This document shows positions 63,601 to 64,000 of a DNA stretch of 64,000 nt, piece after piece (the stretch's first letter is position 1; each line of letters starts with the position of its first letter). The notes under the pieces were generated by a model that ran no database searches, had not been told where the DNA came from, and saw only the letters and a program-made list of their open reading frames with translations. The stretch is from Cenococcum geophilum (Eukaryota): assembly GCA_050273025.1 (NCBI GenBank), contig CP158635.1, positions 21,514,001-21,578,000 of the forward strand, read 5' to 3'. Made by a program: the position numbers and the translations under genes.

Positions 63601-64000
63601 CCAAAGCGTTTAAGGACTCTATATAGCTTTTCGGCTAATAGGTAGCCGAAACAGCGGTATAAACGGTGGATCTCCGTACTAGTAAGGTAGCATAGGTTAT
63701 AGTTAAAAGATTCCTAAATATAGGTCCGTAAAGTCTCTCCCTATATAAGGAACGGGTGTCCGAATTGTTATATAATTAGTAGGGTAATATACTTACTTCC
63801 TAGGGCAGTTGCGGGGCCAATTAGGGTGTCCGTAATATTATTGTAGTATACCTATAACCTATCTATGTCTATAAGATAGAGTAGGAAGGGGGTATCTGCT
63901 TTTACTATGTGGAAGTTAACTAGGCCAATTAGAGTCTTAACTTTAACTAATCTAATTAATGCGGTTAAGCCGATGCCGAATTAGACGTTTATGGCCCCAG
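60378..64000 (-). mobile_element. GalEa-like copia, same family as 6673-19011, running off the window end
   Basis: 3' LTR 60378-60648; 60899-64000 is the reverse complement of ~9260-12334 (RNase H, RT, integrase, protease). Confidence 0.93.

Noticed and set aside
1..64000. Alternative genetic code with TAA/TAG read as Gln
   Set aside because: Stops fall at different positions in sibling copies and come with TGG>TAG, TGT>TAT and ATG>ATA changes, which is RIP rather than recoding.

Overview
This 64 kb window is a gene-free, AT-rich block made entirely of nested transposable elements. It very probably comes from a filamentous ascomycete, because sibling repeats differ almost only by C>T/G>A transitions, mostly CpA>TpA and TpG>TpA, the signature of repeat-induced point mutation (RIP). 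No intact protein, RNA gene or host gene was found; the supplied ORFs are fragments of decayed TE genes or translations of simple repeats. Target-site duplications (TSDs) let the nesting be read by eye. (1) A piggyBac remnant hosts a copia element, which itself carries a solo LTR. (2) An old minus-strand chromovirus (G1, ~6579-57730) is split by a GalEa-like copia (carrying a full gypsy, G0), two tail-to-tail Tad1-like LINEs, a second GalEa-like copia and a solo LTR. The first LINE carries a full gypsy (G2) and a repeat-built TIR element, which in turn carries a two-gene Tc1/IS630 element and a foldback element. (3) A tandem chromovirus (G3) shares G1's LTR and carries a solo LTR and a third GalEa copy. 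The most interesting items, all reconstructed by mentally reversing RIP, are: an antisense, intron-containing Zn(II)2Cys6-like gene in all three G1/G2/G3 chromoviruses; co-varying self-priming sites in them; a second cargo gene in the Tc1 element; an unclassified tandem-repeat TIR element; and a palindromic 3' module shared by two different copia families. Protein identities come from motif recognition only; no database search was possible.
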